In this document: positions 22,967-33,076 of the stretch, in pieces | Layout: each line of letters begins with the position of its first letter | How positions within the stretch are numbered: the first letter of the stretch is position 1 | NCBI GenBank assembly: GCA_938045545.1 | Contig: CALIBN010000016.1 | Location: 27,914 to 91,913 of the forward strand | DNA length: 64,000 bases | Direction: 5' to 3' | From: an uncultured archaeon | GTDB lineage: Archaea > Thermoproteota > EX4484-205 > JAAOZP01 | Translations under genes and position numbers: made by a program | The notes under the pieces: model-generated | The model's database searches: none | Seen by the model: the letters and a program-made list of their open reading frames with translations, nothing else | Told to the model about the DNA's origin: nothing

Positions 22967-23190
22967 GAACTCATCACCTTTTCTTTAAAAGTTTTAAAAA
23001 GCATGGGAAAATACACTAGGTATCGTCGGAAAGGGATTCGCCTCATCTAGGGTCTTTATAGAGTCGCCCAGCCTTCGTGGTTTCAGGTCGCCATTCTTAC
23101 CACTGAGAGGGTCTCGTCGTACCTCAGGTATTTTTTTATAAACGAGGAGTAAAAGCTTTATTTGGCCTCTGCATCAACCTTACTTTAGAC

Positions 23191-23317
23191 GTCGGGGTAG
23201 CCAAACCTGGTTAAGGCGCGAGATGCGCGATGTACGCGAGCCTGCTAAGCTCGTGGCCCATGAGAGTTCCATGATGGAACCACGAGGGCCGTGCGGGTTC
23301 AAATCCCGCCCCCGACG
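23191..23317 (+). tRNA. tRNA-Ser(GCT) with two introns: 30/31 (23223-23240) and variable arm (23265-23286)
   Basis: GTCGGGG/CCCCGAC with G73; BHBs CGCG-AG^A..CGCG-AG^C and CATG-AG^A..CACG-AG^G (one mismatch); splicing leaves GGCCC-ATGA-GGGCC arm. Confidence 0.88.
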
Positions 23318-23548
23318 TTTTCCCCTTACAGTTATTGTTTCAGAAAAACCTGGTTGTTATCTCTTCCGATGATCTGTTTTACAGGTTTCTGGAACTTAGG
23401 CCGTTCTTCACGCGCGTTAATCGAGGGCCCTGCTTAATCTTATGGCTGGATGGTTTAACCTTGTTTTTTTGTCAGTATTCTCCCGTTGATTAAGCTGAAA
23501 AAAGTCGTTTTAATGTTTTAATACCTGTGACTCTGGTTTAAGCTCCGC

Positions 23549-26167
23549 ATGGAGAAAAGGAAGGAAAGGAAGGTTGTTAAGAGAGACGGCAGGGTCGTGG
23601 ATTTCGACCCTAACAGGATTAGGAACGCTATTGCAAAGGCAATGGCGAGTGTGAAACAGTATGATGAGAAGACTTTGGAGAAGGTTGTTAACTACGTGTT
23701 AAACGTTTTAAACGGGAAGTATGAGGCCGGGGAGACTCCGCATGTCGAGGATATTCAGGATGTGGTTGAGCTTGCCCTTATGAAGTTTGATCTTTACGAT
23801 GTTGCTAAAGCCTATATTCTTTACAGGAAGGAGAGGGAGAGGGTAAGGGAGGAGAAGAAGGCTCTTCTTCAGAAAAGCTTTGTGGACGAGGTTGATAAGG
23901 AGTTTTCTGTTAACGCGATCAGGCTGCTTGTGAACCGCTACCTTCTTAAAGATGAGAACGGTAAGCTCGTCGAGTCGCCTAAACAGTTGTTTCAAAGAGT
24001 AGCCTTAACCGTTGTGATACCGGATATTCTTCACGACCCGAGGGTGTTCTCTAAGGATGGAGGATTAACGGTGTTTCCGAGAGAGGATTTCAACGCCAGC
24101 CACTATGCGAATAAGCTTGGCCTAGGAAAGAGCGGCAACGAGTATGCTGTCACCTGGAACGAGTATCATTTGGAACGCATGAAGGCTCTTTACGACGAGC
24201 TTAATTCTCAAGGCAGGATGAAGGTTTCTTGGAGCGGTTTTCTCAGAATGCTTCTTTCAGGCGAGTTTGAAAACTATTACGAGAATTTCAGGGCCTATTA
24301 TGATCTTATGGTTTCTAAGAAGTTCATGCCAAATTCACCGACGCTGTTTAACGCTGGGACTAGGCTTGGCCAGCTTTCAGCTTGCTTCGTGTTGGATGTT
24401 GAGGACAATATCGAGTCTATTATGAATGCTGCAACCCAGGCGGCCATCATCTTCAAATCCGGTGGAGGCATTGGGATAAACTATTCTAAGCTGAGGCCCG
24501 CGGGCGACATTGTCTCAAGCACCTCAGGAGTGGCGAGTGGCCCCGTTTCATTCATGAGGATAATAGACACCGTCACAGACGTGGTTAAACAGGGAGGTAG
24601 GAGAAGGGGGGCGAACATGGGGATTCTCGAGGTTAACCATCCGGATATAGAGATGTTTATAACGGCCAAGTCTGAACGGGGGAGGCTTGAAAACTTCAAC
24701 ATATCTGTCCTCATAAATGATGATTTCTGGGACTACTTGGAGAAGGATGTACCATATCCGCTTGCAAACCCAAGGGATAGGAGGGTTTGGAAGACTATTC
24801 GTGCCAGAGACGTTTTCTGGAAGATTGCGGAGATGGCTTGGAGAACAGGCGACCCGGGTGTCCTCTTCTTGGAAAACATCAACAGGAGAAACATAATGGC
24901 GAAAAATAAGGGTCCAATAAAGTCCACTAACCCCTGCGGAGAGGAACCCTTGTATCCCTATGAATCCTGCAACCTGGGTTCGATAAACCTGTATGCGTTC
25001 GTGAAAAGAAGTAGAGAAGAAGCTGTCTTCGACTGGGAGGAGTTTAGCCGAGTAGTTGGGATCGCCCTCAGGTTTCTAGACAACGTGATAGATGTGAACA
25101 AGCTTCCTTTAAACGAGATAGAGCGTGCGACTAAGCTTACGAGGAAGGTTGGCCTAGGTGTCATGGGCTTGGCCGACTTACTTTTCGCCCTGAGAATACC
25201 TTACAACAGCGAGGAGGGCTTCAGGCTGATGGGCAGAATAGCGGAACACTTGACTTTCTACGCTATGAAGGAGTCTTGCATGCTTTCTAAGGAGCGCGGC
25301 GCCTTCCCGCTGTATGCTGAATCATCTTACCCTGACGGCGAGATGCCGATTGAAGGCTACTATCATAAGGACTGGCAGACTCTCCCCTGGAGCGACCTGC
25401 AGCAGGAGATAACAAGGTTTGGAATAAGGAATGCGGAGGTGACCACCATCGCTCCAACCGGCTCTATTTCCATGCTGGTTGACGTTTCCTCTGGGATAGA
25501 GCCCCAGTTTGCCCTAATATATGAGAAGAGGGTTAGCGTAGGAACATTCTATTACGTGGATGTTGAGTTTGAGAAAGCACTTAGGGAAAATGGTCTTTAC
25601 GACGAGAAGACGCTTAAGCTGATTTCAGACAACGGCGGTTCGCTCGTGGGCCTCGACTTACCCGAGGAGCTACGCCGCGTGTTCCTAACCGCATACGATA
25701 TACCCTGGTGGGACCATGTGAGGGCTCAGGCAGAGTTCACGAAATGGATTTGCGCCGCGGTCAGTAAAACCATAAACATGCCGAACTGGGTTACTGTAGA
25801 GGATGTTCAGAAGGCTTTCACTCTGGCACGTGCAATGAGAGTAAAGGGAGTCACCATTTACCGTGACGGCTCCCTCCCGTATCAGGTCTTAGTCACACCT
25901 TCCTCGAAACTAGGAAAGTATGCGAAGATCGTGGACAACTCGACTATTGAAATCGCAAGGACCCTGGGAGTCGAAATAAAAGATTTCGGAGAAGAATCGG
26001 AAGGCAAGACATCAAAAACGGCAGCCGCCTCGGAGAAACCTGTTCTAATTCTTAACGAGAATAATAAGTCTGACCAATGTCCGAGCTGTGGCAGTAAAAG
26101 GCTCATCATGGAGGGCGGGTGCCTAACCTGCATCGACTGCGGTTGGAGCGTATGCCCCATTTCCTAG
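23549..26167 (+). CDS. nrdJ: Class II (AdoCbl) ribonucleotide reductase with ATP cone
   Basis: VVKRDGR ATP cone, PNSPTLFNAG, LSACF, TNPCGE, APTGSIS, C-terminal Zn ribbon; no intein. Confidence 0.96.
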   Translation: MEKRKERKVVKRDGRVVDFDPNRIRNAIAKAMASVKQYDEKTLEKVVNYVLNVLNGKYEAGETPHVEDIQDVVELALMKFDLYDVAKAYILYRKERERVREEKKALLQKSFVDEVDKEFSVNAIRLLVNRYLLKDENGKLVESPKQLFQRVALTVVIPDILHDPRVFSKDGGLTVFPREDFNASHYANKLGLGKSGNEYAVTWNEYHLERMKALYDELNSQGRMKVSWSGFLRMLLSGEFENYYENFRAYYDLMVSKKFMPNSPTLFNAGTRLGQLSACFVLDVEDNIESIMNAATQAAIIFKSGGGIGINYSKLRPAGDIVSSTSGVASGPVSFMRIIDTVTDVVKQGGRRRGANMGILEVNHPDIEMFITAKSERGRLENFNISVLINDDFWDYLEKDVPYPLANPRDRRVWKTIRARDVFWKIAEMAWRTGDPGVLFLENINRRNIMAKNKGPIKSTNPCGEEPLYPYESCNLGSINLYAFVKRSREEAVFDWEEFSRVVGIALRFLDNVIDVNKLPLNEIERATKLTRKVGLGVMGLADLLFALRIPYNSEEGFRLMGRIAEHLTFYAMKESCMLSKERGAFPLYAESSYPDGEMPIEGYYHKDWQTLPWSDLQQEITRFGIRNAEVTTIAPTGSISMLVDVSSGIEPQFALIYEKRVSVGTFYYVDVEFEKALRENGLYDEKTLKLISDNGGSLVGLDLPEELRRVFLTAYDIPWWDHVRAQAEFTKWICAAVSKTINMPNWVTVEDVQKAFTLARAMRVKGVTIYRDGSLPYQVLVTPSSKLGKYAKIVDNSTIEIARTLGVEIKDFGEESEGKTSKTAAASEKPVLILNENNKSDQCPSCGSKRLIMEGGCLTCIDCGWSVCPIS

Positions 26168-26181
26168 AGGAGGCGTGACCC

Positions 26182-26691
26182 TTGGGTAAAGTATTCCTCT
26201 ATACTGGAACAGGAGCGGGTAAGACGACTAACGCGATAGGTTTAGCCGTCAGGGCAGTCGGCCACGGTTTGAAAGCCGTGATAATACAGTTTATGAAGGG
26301 ATGGAGGAACACCGGAGAATACTTGATAGCTGAACGCTTACAGCCCGAGTATGAGATTCATCTGGCTGGAAGAGAAGAGTGGGTGGACCTTAAAAACCCG
26401 TCTGAGGAGGACAAGAAGATGGCTGGAAAAGGCATTAACCTAGCTAGGGAAAAACTAAAGGAGAAGCCGGCTCTCCTAGTGTTAGACGAGATAGGCCTAG
26501 CCGCCTTTATAGGCTTAGTTTCTGTCGAAGACGTTTTAAAGCTGTTAGACGAAGTGCCTGAGGAAACAGACGTGGTTTTAACAGGCAGGTACGTGCCCCC
26601 TGAGCTCGTCAACAGGGCTGACTTCGTGAATCTGGTGGTGGAGGTTAAGAGCCCGAGAGAACTCTACACTAAAATAGGCATAACACATTAA
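26182..26691 (+). CDS. cobA: Cob(I)alamin adenosyltransferase (CobA/BtuR type)
   Basis: YTGTGAGKTT, IQFMKG, VLDE, VLTGR. Confidence 0.92.
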   Translation: MGKVFLYTGTGAGKTTNAIGLAVRAVGHGLKAVIIQFMKGWRNTGEYLIAERLQPEYEIHLAGREEWVDLKNPSEEDKKMAGKGINLAREKLKEKPALLVLDEIGLAAFIGLVSVEDVLKLLDEVPEETDVVLTGRYVPPELVNRADFVNLVVEVKSPRELYTKIGITH

Positions 26692-27470
26692 ACACTGTTC
26701 TCCAGACTCGATGAATTAAAGCTACTTGCATACTCCAGAGCCCCCTTTAAGGCTTTGCAGTTAATATTTTTAAAATCGCCAAACTCGTTTTGCAAAAGTG
26801 TTCCACTTATTAGCAGGAATAGGGTGTTCTCCACATCGAGCCGCCGGTTAAAGGCTTTTGAAAACTACCAAATACAGAAGGTTAAATAGCTTAGACGGTT
26901 GAATGAGAGTGGTTGGCTCGCAACAATCGTGTTTCCCAAGAAATTCTTCATCCGTAATGGATCTTTTAATCGTTTCAACTTATGGTTTTTGAAAACGGCC
27001 TGATTTCAAGCTACTAACCTGAAAAATCCTGTTGAATCTGATGATCTCTCAGATTTAGCGTTGCTTGAAAATAGGGTGCAGGGTTGCTTTAAAAATAAAT
27101 ATTCTGATGTTGAGCATTTTACAAATTAACTGCTCCATGGTAAAAATGTTTTCTGAAAACAGCTCATCCCAGTGTAGCCATCGTCAATCAAGCTCGATTC
27201 ACAGCCTGTTTCACAAACAACTTTTATTCTTTAAAGAAACTCGTAGCTGCATGATTTTCTCCGGGAGTAGCCAGAAGCATCGCCGTTAATAAAGACGAGA
27301 AGAGAGGAATATCGTTTTTACAGGAGAATGATAGCCGTAAGAATCCGTGTTCCCTTAAAAAAGAAAAAGCTTTTTGAATCGTCGAACATAGGAAAGAAGG
27401 GCCACTTTTTAAACGGCAAAATAGATTTAATTATAGGATAAAATTTATATTTTACCATTTTTCAATCCTG

Positions 27471-28553
27471 TTGGAAACGAAGAGCACTTACTACGTGTTA
27501 GTTGAGGAGGAAGAGCCCATTACGATAGGTGTTGAAATAGAATTCTATACTATTTTAAATAGCGAGGGAAAAATATCGAGACGCGTTATTATCCCGGATG
27601 TAAAGCCTTCAAAGACAGGAGAAAGGTTTACCGTTGACAAGAGCATAGGCACGGAATATGTTTCCAAGCCCTTTGAAAACGTGAGAGAAGCCTTGCAAAC
27701 CATAAGCGCTGGACTCGAGAAGTATGCTGATTCACCCATAGCTGACAACGTTCTTCCACTGCCAGTAGGAGGATGGAACGACAGGTTTGCAGGCACCCAT
27801 TTCCACCTGGGTTTTAAGGATAGGGGCTTAAGCAGAGAAGAAGCTGGAAGCCTGGCAAGCTACATTCACGATCATATTCCTTTTATCATAGCGGTTTCCG
27901 CCAACTCGCCTGTCTGGAGGAGAAGAATAACACCATACTCGTCTAACAGGCTGCTGCGCGGCGGCGGTAAATACTGCATCCCTGTTGCCAAAGGAGAGTT
28001 AAACCAGAATCATTACAGGGAGATGAATTTCAACCCTGAGAATAAGCATAAACCTTCAACGCTTGAACTCAGAGTTTGCGACAGCAATATTCCACCTTAT
28101 GTTTGCACCGTCATGACTATACTCAGGATCCTGGCTTTAGCTTGGAGAAATGGTAGAGATCCTTGCAACGAGTTGACGCATGAAGCATACCTTGAAACAA
28201 GGGCTGAGGCTGCGCGGAGAGGCGCCGCTGCGAAGCTCTATTGGAATGGAAACCATGTTACTGTAGGCGAATATTTAACACTTCTACTCGACAATTACTG
28301 TGAAGAAGCCGGCATGCTGGACATTCCCAAGGATGTCGTCGAAGTCTTTAACCTTCTTGAAGCAAAGTTGAATAACGCGGAGGCTCTTAGACATACCGCG
28401 GTAAAACTGCAGAGGAGATTCGGGGGAAACTGGGAGGGAAAAATGGCTTTTAAACTGGCTTCCGCTTTGAAAACCCTGTTGAAAGGGGGGTCGCTTAGAG
28501 ACTATCACGAGGCGCTTGGGCTAAGGGTCTCAAGCTGGTTTAAAAACGCATAG
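27471..28553 (+). CDS. GCS2/YbdK-like carboxylate-amine ligase
   Basis: GVEIEF, GTHFHLG, SANSP, TLELRVCD. Confidence 0.8.
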   Translation: METKSTYYVLVEEEEPITIGVEIEFYTILNSEGKISRRVIIPDVKPSKTGERFTVDKSIGTEYVSKPFENVREALQTISAGLEKYADSPIADNVLPLPVGGWNDRFAGTHFHLGFKDRGLSREEAGSLASYIHDHIPFIIAVSANSPVWRRRITPYSSNRLLRGGGKYCIPVAKGELNQNHYREMNFNPENKHKPSTLELRVCDSNIPPYVCTVMTILRILALAWRNGRDPCNELTHEAYLETRAEAARRGAAAKLYWNGNHVTVGEYLTLLLDNYCEEAGMLDIPKDVVEVFNLLEAKLNNAEALRHTAVKLQRRFGGNWEGKMAFKLASALKTLLKGGSLRDYHEALGLRVSSWFKNA

Positions 28554-28599
28554 ATTTATCAGCCCGAGGAGCATTTTTAAAACGGAATCCGAGGAGGAA

Positions 28600-30207
28600 A
28601 TGAAGGAAAGCGGGGAGACATTATTCGTCGAACTCGCCAAGCTTTGCGAGAAGCTTTCCGAGACAACGAGGAGGCTTGAGAAGATTAGGATGATAGGAGA
28701 GTTTCTGAAGGGTTTGAGAAGGGAGGAGATAAGCCCGGCTGTTCTGCTGATAGTCGGAGAAATATTTCCGGAAGCTTCTTCCAAGACCCTTGAAATAGGA
28801 TACGCTACGATAAGCAAGATCATCGAATCTCCCTCTCAGACTCCCCTCTTCCAGAAGCCTCTGACAATCCTGAACGTTGCAGAATATTTTGAAAAGATTG
28901 CGAAAGCCACCGGCTCAGGGTCGAGGGAGAACAAGGAGCTCGTCTTAAGATCCATGCTTGAGAGAGCCTCTGAGCTTGAAGCCAAATATATTGTTAAGAA
29001 TATTTTTGGAGAAATGCAGCATGGAGTTGGAGAGGGAGTTATGCTCGAGGCTATTGCAAGAGCCTCAGGAACTAGTCTGGACCTCGTAAGGAGGGCTCTC
29101 ATGTTCTCGGGCAACCTGGGAAAGGTCGCCGAGGCAGCTTTAACCTCTGGCGAAGAAGGCTTGAAAAGAATAGGCCTAACCCTCTTTAATCCGGTGAAGC
29201 CCATGCTTGCACAGATGGTCTACAGCGTGGAAGAGGTCTTCAAGTATCACGAGAAAGCTGCTTTCGAATACAAGTTCGACGGAGCTCGCGTACAGATTCA
29301 TAAGAAGAACAGTATGATTAGGATTTTCAGCAGGCGTTTGACAGACGTTACTGTCAGCATACCTGAAATAGTTGATGAGGCTATAAACGGGGTTAATGCT
29401 GAGGAGGCGATACTCGACGGAGAGGTTATAGCTGTCGGTTTAAACGGCAGACCACTCCCCTTCCAGGATTTGATGAGAAGGTTCACTAAAGTTAAGAATA
29501 TTGAAGAAGAGATGAAAAGAATACCTCTTAAACTGTATCTTTTCGACTTGATCTACTTGAACGGTAGGCAGCTGATAGATGAACCCTACTCGCAGAGATG
29601 GAGCATGCTTGAACAGGTTGGGAGAAACATGAACCTCGCCCCGAGAATAGTGACTTCAAGCATCAGTGAAGCCAAGGAGTTTTTGAAGAAAGCTTTAGAA
29701 GAAGGCCACGAAGGAGTTGTCGCCAAGGCTCTCAACAGTCCTTACGTGCCAGGAACCAGGGGGAGGCTCTGGCTTAAACTGAAGACAGCTGATTACCTTG
29801 ACCTAGTCATTATCGGTGCCCAATGGGGCTACGGGAGGAGGACAGGCTGGTTAAGCGACTATTTCCTAGCGGCGCTGAACGAGGAAACTGGGGGCTACGA
29901 GATAGTGGGCAAGACCTTCAAAGGCTTGACTGACGAGGAATTCGAGGAAATGACCAGAAGGCTGCTGAAGCTCAAGGTAAGAGAGGAGGATAATACTGTC
30001 TGGGTAAAGCCGGAGATAGTTGTTGAGGTAGCATACAGTGAAATCCAGAGGAGCCCAAGGTACAAGTCTGGGTTCGCACTGAGGTTTGCGAGAATAACTC
30101 GAATAAGGAGTGATAAGGCTCCGTCTGAGGCAGATACTTTAAAAAGGGTTAGAGAGCTCTACGAGGGTCAGAAGAAGAGAAAAGGAGCTCTGGAGCAAGA
30201 ATATTAA
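28600..30207 (+). CDS. lig: ATP-dependent DNA ligase
   Basis: PMLA, EYKFDG, DGE, EGVVAK, WLKLK, LRFAR. Confidence 0.96.
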   Translation: MKESGETLFVELAKLCEKLSETTRRLEKIRMIGEFLKGLRREEISPAVLLIVGEIFPEASSKTLEIGYATISKIIESPSQTPLFQKPLTILNVAEYFEKIAKATGSGSRENKELVLRSMLERASELEAKYIVKNIFGEMQHGVGEGVMLEAIARASGTSLDLVRRALMFSGNLGKVAEAALTSGEEGLKRIGLTLFNPVKPMLAQMVYSVEEVFKYHEKAAFEYKFDGARVQIHKKNSMIRIFSRRLTDVTVSIPEIVDEAINGVNAEEAILDGEVIAVGLNGRPLPFQDLMRRFTKVKNIEEEMKRIPLKLYLFDLIYLNGRQLIDEPYSQRWSMLEQVGRNMNLAPRIVTSSISEAKEFLKKALEEGHEGVVAKALNSPYVPGTRGRLWLKLKTADYLDLVIIGAQWGYGRRTGWLSDYFLAALNEETGGYEIVGKTFKGLTDEEFEEMTRRLLKLKVREEDNTVWVKPEIVVEVAYSEIQRSPRYKSGFALRFARITRIRSDKAPSEADTLKRVRELYEGQKKRKGALEQEY

Positions 30208-30237
30208 TAAACGGGTAATTGAAAGGTTTGCATTACA

Positions 30238-31128
30238 TTGGATGTTGCCGTTAAAGAAAGCCGGGATCCAGATAAGGTCGCCAGGCTGTTCGAGCAGCAT
30301 AAGGACAGCCCGTTCACATACTTAACAAATATTCCGCTTGTGAAGATGCTGAGCCAACTGGAATCATTCAAAATATTTGTGGCGGAGGTTGATGGCGAAA
30401 CAGTCGGTTGTATTCACTCCTTAAGCTACATTTATGACTGTGGGTATGTCGGGGGGCTTCTAGTCCACAAAGATTTCAGGAGGAAAGGAATTGGAAGTAG
30501 CCTGCTGGATGCAGCCTTAAACAGTTTGAACACGAGGTATGTTTACCTCTTCGTCGAGGAGAAGAATACTGCGGCGGTAAGGCTCGTTGAAAAAACAGGT
30601 TTTAAAAGAATCTATAAAGGGCGCCGATATATTGTTTCAACCCAGCTGGATGAGGCTTCAGGAGGCCTGAGAATAACTAATGATGTTGACTGGGCCTCTT
30701 TGAAGAGGAGCATCGGCTTCAAGGAGAGGAACGGGGCTGTTAACCTTGGCTACTATCCTGTTAAGATGAGGGAGAAAGCATTCGAAGACCTAAGAGCTAG
30801 CAACAGGATCATAAGATGCGGCGGTGTTATAGCGATCGTTGAGAATTCTTACGGATTGACTATTGGAGACCATCTTTACGCTTTTAACGATCACATCGTC
30901 AGGAGCCTGCGATGCGTCGACACGTCGAGAAGAATTGTCGAAGTAAACCCCTTCTACACGAAGCCTAGATTATCAGACTTGATTAATATGGTGAACTATT
31001 TAGTATCGCTGGGAGAAGTACACGTTAAGACTTATGATGGAGACCCTGTGGCCAGTAGACTTCCTTTAACAGGAAGAATAGGGGCATTGACGATGGAATA
31101 TGAAAAACGGGGGTTTAATATGTTTTAA
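30238..31128 (+). CDS. GNAT N-acetyltransferase
   Basis: VHKDFRRKGIGS and N..A..L..K.GF motifs. Confidence 0.8.
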   Translation: MDVAVKESRDPDKVARLFEQHKDSPFTYLTNIPLVKMLSQLESFKIFVAEVDGETVGCIHSLSYIYDCGYVGGLLVHKDFRRKGIGSSLLDAALNSLNTRYVYLFVEEKNTAAVRLVEKTGFKRIYKGRRYIVSTQLDEASGGLRITNDVDWASLKRSIGFKERNGAVNLGYYPVKMREKAFEDLRASNRIIRCGGVIAIVENSYGLTIGDHLYAFNDHIVRSLRCVDTSRRIVEVNPFYTKPRLSDLINMVNYLVSLGEVHVKTYDGDPVASRLPLTGRIGALTMEYEKRGFNMF

Positions 31129-31141
31129 GAGAAATGTTGAA

Positions 31142-32116
31142 CTATTTTTCCTGTCTCTTTGTGAACACCATGTATGAGGCCACTAGGAAAACTATTGGGA
31201 AAACAATGAGCACTATGATGTCTATCAAGCGTGTTGAAAGCACCGTAGGGATGCTGGCTATCGTTCTCTCCCTCTGCCCGAATCCAAGAGGCCCTGCAGC
31301 AAAGCCGAAAAGCGAATCGGTGATCTGTGTATAATGATAGTTTATTGAAAAAGCCTGTATTATGCTTGAAATCTCCGCCGCCTTCCTCATGTAGCTTAAG
31401 TACTCCTCCAATTCTGAAGCCGGGACTCCTGGGGATGTGAAGTTTCCAAATCCCCTTCGCGTCCTATTGAAAACAGCAATGGCTCTAGTGGGGGGAGGAC
31501 CCAAGACCGCGATTGTGACGAAGCTACTTATTATAGATAGTATGAACGCGAAGAAAATCCAAATGCCTATACTGATTATTAGTGAGTGGCTCGACTTGTT
31601 TGAGAATGTTGAAATGAAGAGCGAGAAAGCATAGTATGCAAACGATAGAACTATTGAGAAAACGATGAAGATGCAGATCCTCGCAACATCGTCAAGCGTT
31701 ACAGCAACCTTATGCAACAGTATTGAGACCGATACGGATGCTAATGAGGACACTGCTATGGTTAAGCCTATTACGGCGAGCGCCGATATTATCTTGCCGT
31801 TGACCACATCCTCCCTATATATTGGTCTTGAAAGCAGAATCCTAAGGGTTCCACGTTCCCTTTCTCCTGATATAGCGTCAAAGGCTAATGCTATGCCAAG
31901 CAGCGGAGCCATATATGCCATTGTTGAAGCTATTGTTGAAGCTATCTGAGCCATCGGCCTCACTGCTTGCTGACCCCCAATCATGAAGCTAAAGGACGTT
32001 GAATACGTGCTGGCTATTGAAAACAGTAGAAATATTCCTGCTATCAGCCAAAGCCTTTTACTGGTTATAGTGTCGGTAAATTCTTTACGCGCAATTGAGA
32101 AAGCGTTTTTCATCAT
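31142..32116 (-). CDS. ABC-2/NosY-type permease
   Basis: ARKEF, GERERGTLRILLSRP; multiple TM segments. Confidence 0.9.
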   Translation of the reverse strand: MMKNAFSIARKEFTDTITSKRLWLIAGIFLLFSIASTYSTSFSFMIGGQQAVRPMAQIASTIASTMAYMAPLLGIALAFDAISGERERGTLRILLSRPIYREDVVNGKIISALAVIGLTIAVSSLASVSVSILLHKVAVTLDDVARICIFIVFSIVLSFAYYAFSLFISTFSNKSSHSLIISIGIWIFFAFILSIISSFVTIAVLGPPPTRAIAVFNRTRRGFGNFTSPGVPASELEEYLSYMRKAAEISSIIQAFSINYHYTQITDSLFGFAAGPLGFGQRERTIASIPTVLSTRLIDIIVLIVFPIVFLVASYMVFTKRQEK

Positions 32117-32119
32117 CCT

Positions 32120-33076
32120 TCATCCCCCTTCCTGATAGAACCGGTATATCTCCTCCCAAGATGGCTCTACGGGTGTCAAGGATTCAACAAGATCCTTATA
32201 CGGGCTTTTCGTTATCAACGAGAAAAGGCTGCTTCCCATATCATTCTTTGACAAAATGGTTACGCGGTTATCGCTCTGTGTTATCTCCACCACGCTAGGC
32301 ATGGACCTTATTTCCTGCAACGGTATCTCGCTACCAGGTTTAACGCGAATCTCGTAGCGAAAACCCTTCTCCTTCCTGACTGACTGGTATAATTCATCCA
32401 CGCTTCCCTGCACCAGTAGTCTTCCTTCACGTATTATTGCAGCATGAGTGCATATCATGCCTACTTCATACAAGAGGTGTGTAGACAGCATGACCGTCTT
32501 CCCCTCTCTGTTCATTCTTCTAACCAGGTTTCTGAATTCAGCAGCCCCCTCCGGGTCTATCCCAACCGTCGGCTCGTCGAATATTAGAAGCTCAGGATCC
32601 TTCAGCAAGGCTTGAGCTATCCCCAGCCTCTGCCTCATGCCGCGTGAGAATGTTGAAACCTTAGCGTCAGCCCTATCTTTTAAGCCGACTGTTTCAAGCG
32701 CTCTTAATGCTCTCTTCTTCCTCTGATCAGAAGGAATTCCGTCGAGAGTGGCAAGAAAAGTCAGGTTCTCAAGGGCAGTCATATGATCGTAGAAGCCGAA
32801 GCCTTCTGGAAGCAAGCCGACCCTCCTCCTTATTTCAACAGAGTGTTTAGTAGCGTCGAAGCCCAGCACCCTAGCGCTTCCACTCGTCGGCAACAATAAT
32901 CCGACTAGGATTGAGATTAAAGTTGTCTTCCCAGACCCGTTGGGACCGAAGAGCCCGAAGACGCTTGCCTTAGGGACCTTCATATCGATGCTGTTGAGCG
33001 CCTTCACCATAGACTTTCCGTTTCCGTAAATCTTAACCAGTTTCTCAGTCTCTATGGCTAGACTCATAGTTTTCAC
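32120..33076 (-). CDS. ABC transporter ATPase
   Basis: GPNGSGKTT, FSRGMRQR, FDEPT. Confidence 0.95.
   Translation of the reverse strand: MKTMSLAIETEKLVKIYGNGKSMVKALNSIDMKVPKASVFGLFGPNGSGKTTLISILVGLLLPTSGSARVLGFDATKHSVEIRRRVGLLPEGFGFYDHMTALENLTFLATLDGIPSDQRKKRALRALETVGLKDRADAKVSTFSRGMRQRLGIAQALLKDPELLIFDEPTVGIDPEGAAEFRNLVRRMNREGKTVMLSTHLLYEVGMICTHAAIIREGRLLVQGSVDELYQSVRKEKGFRYEIRVKPGSEIPLQEIRSMPSVVEITQSDNRVTILSKNDMGSSLFSLITKSPYKDLVESLTPVEPSWEEIYRFYQEGG

Noticed and set aside
23549-26167. Intein in RNR
   Set aside because: TNPCGE and other usual insertion sites are uninterrupted.
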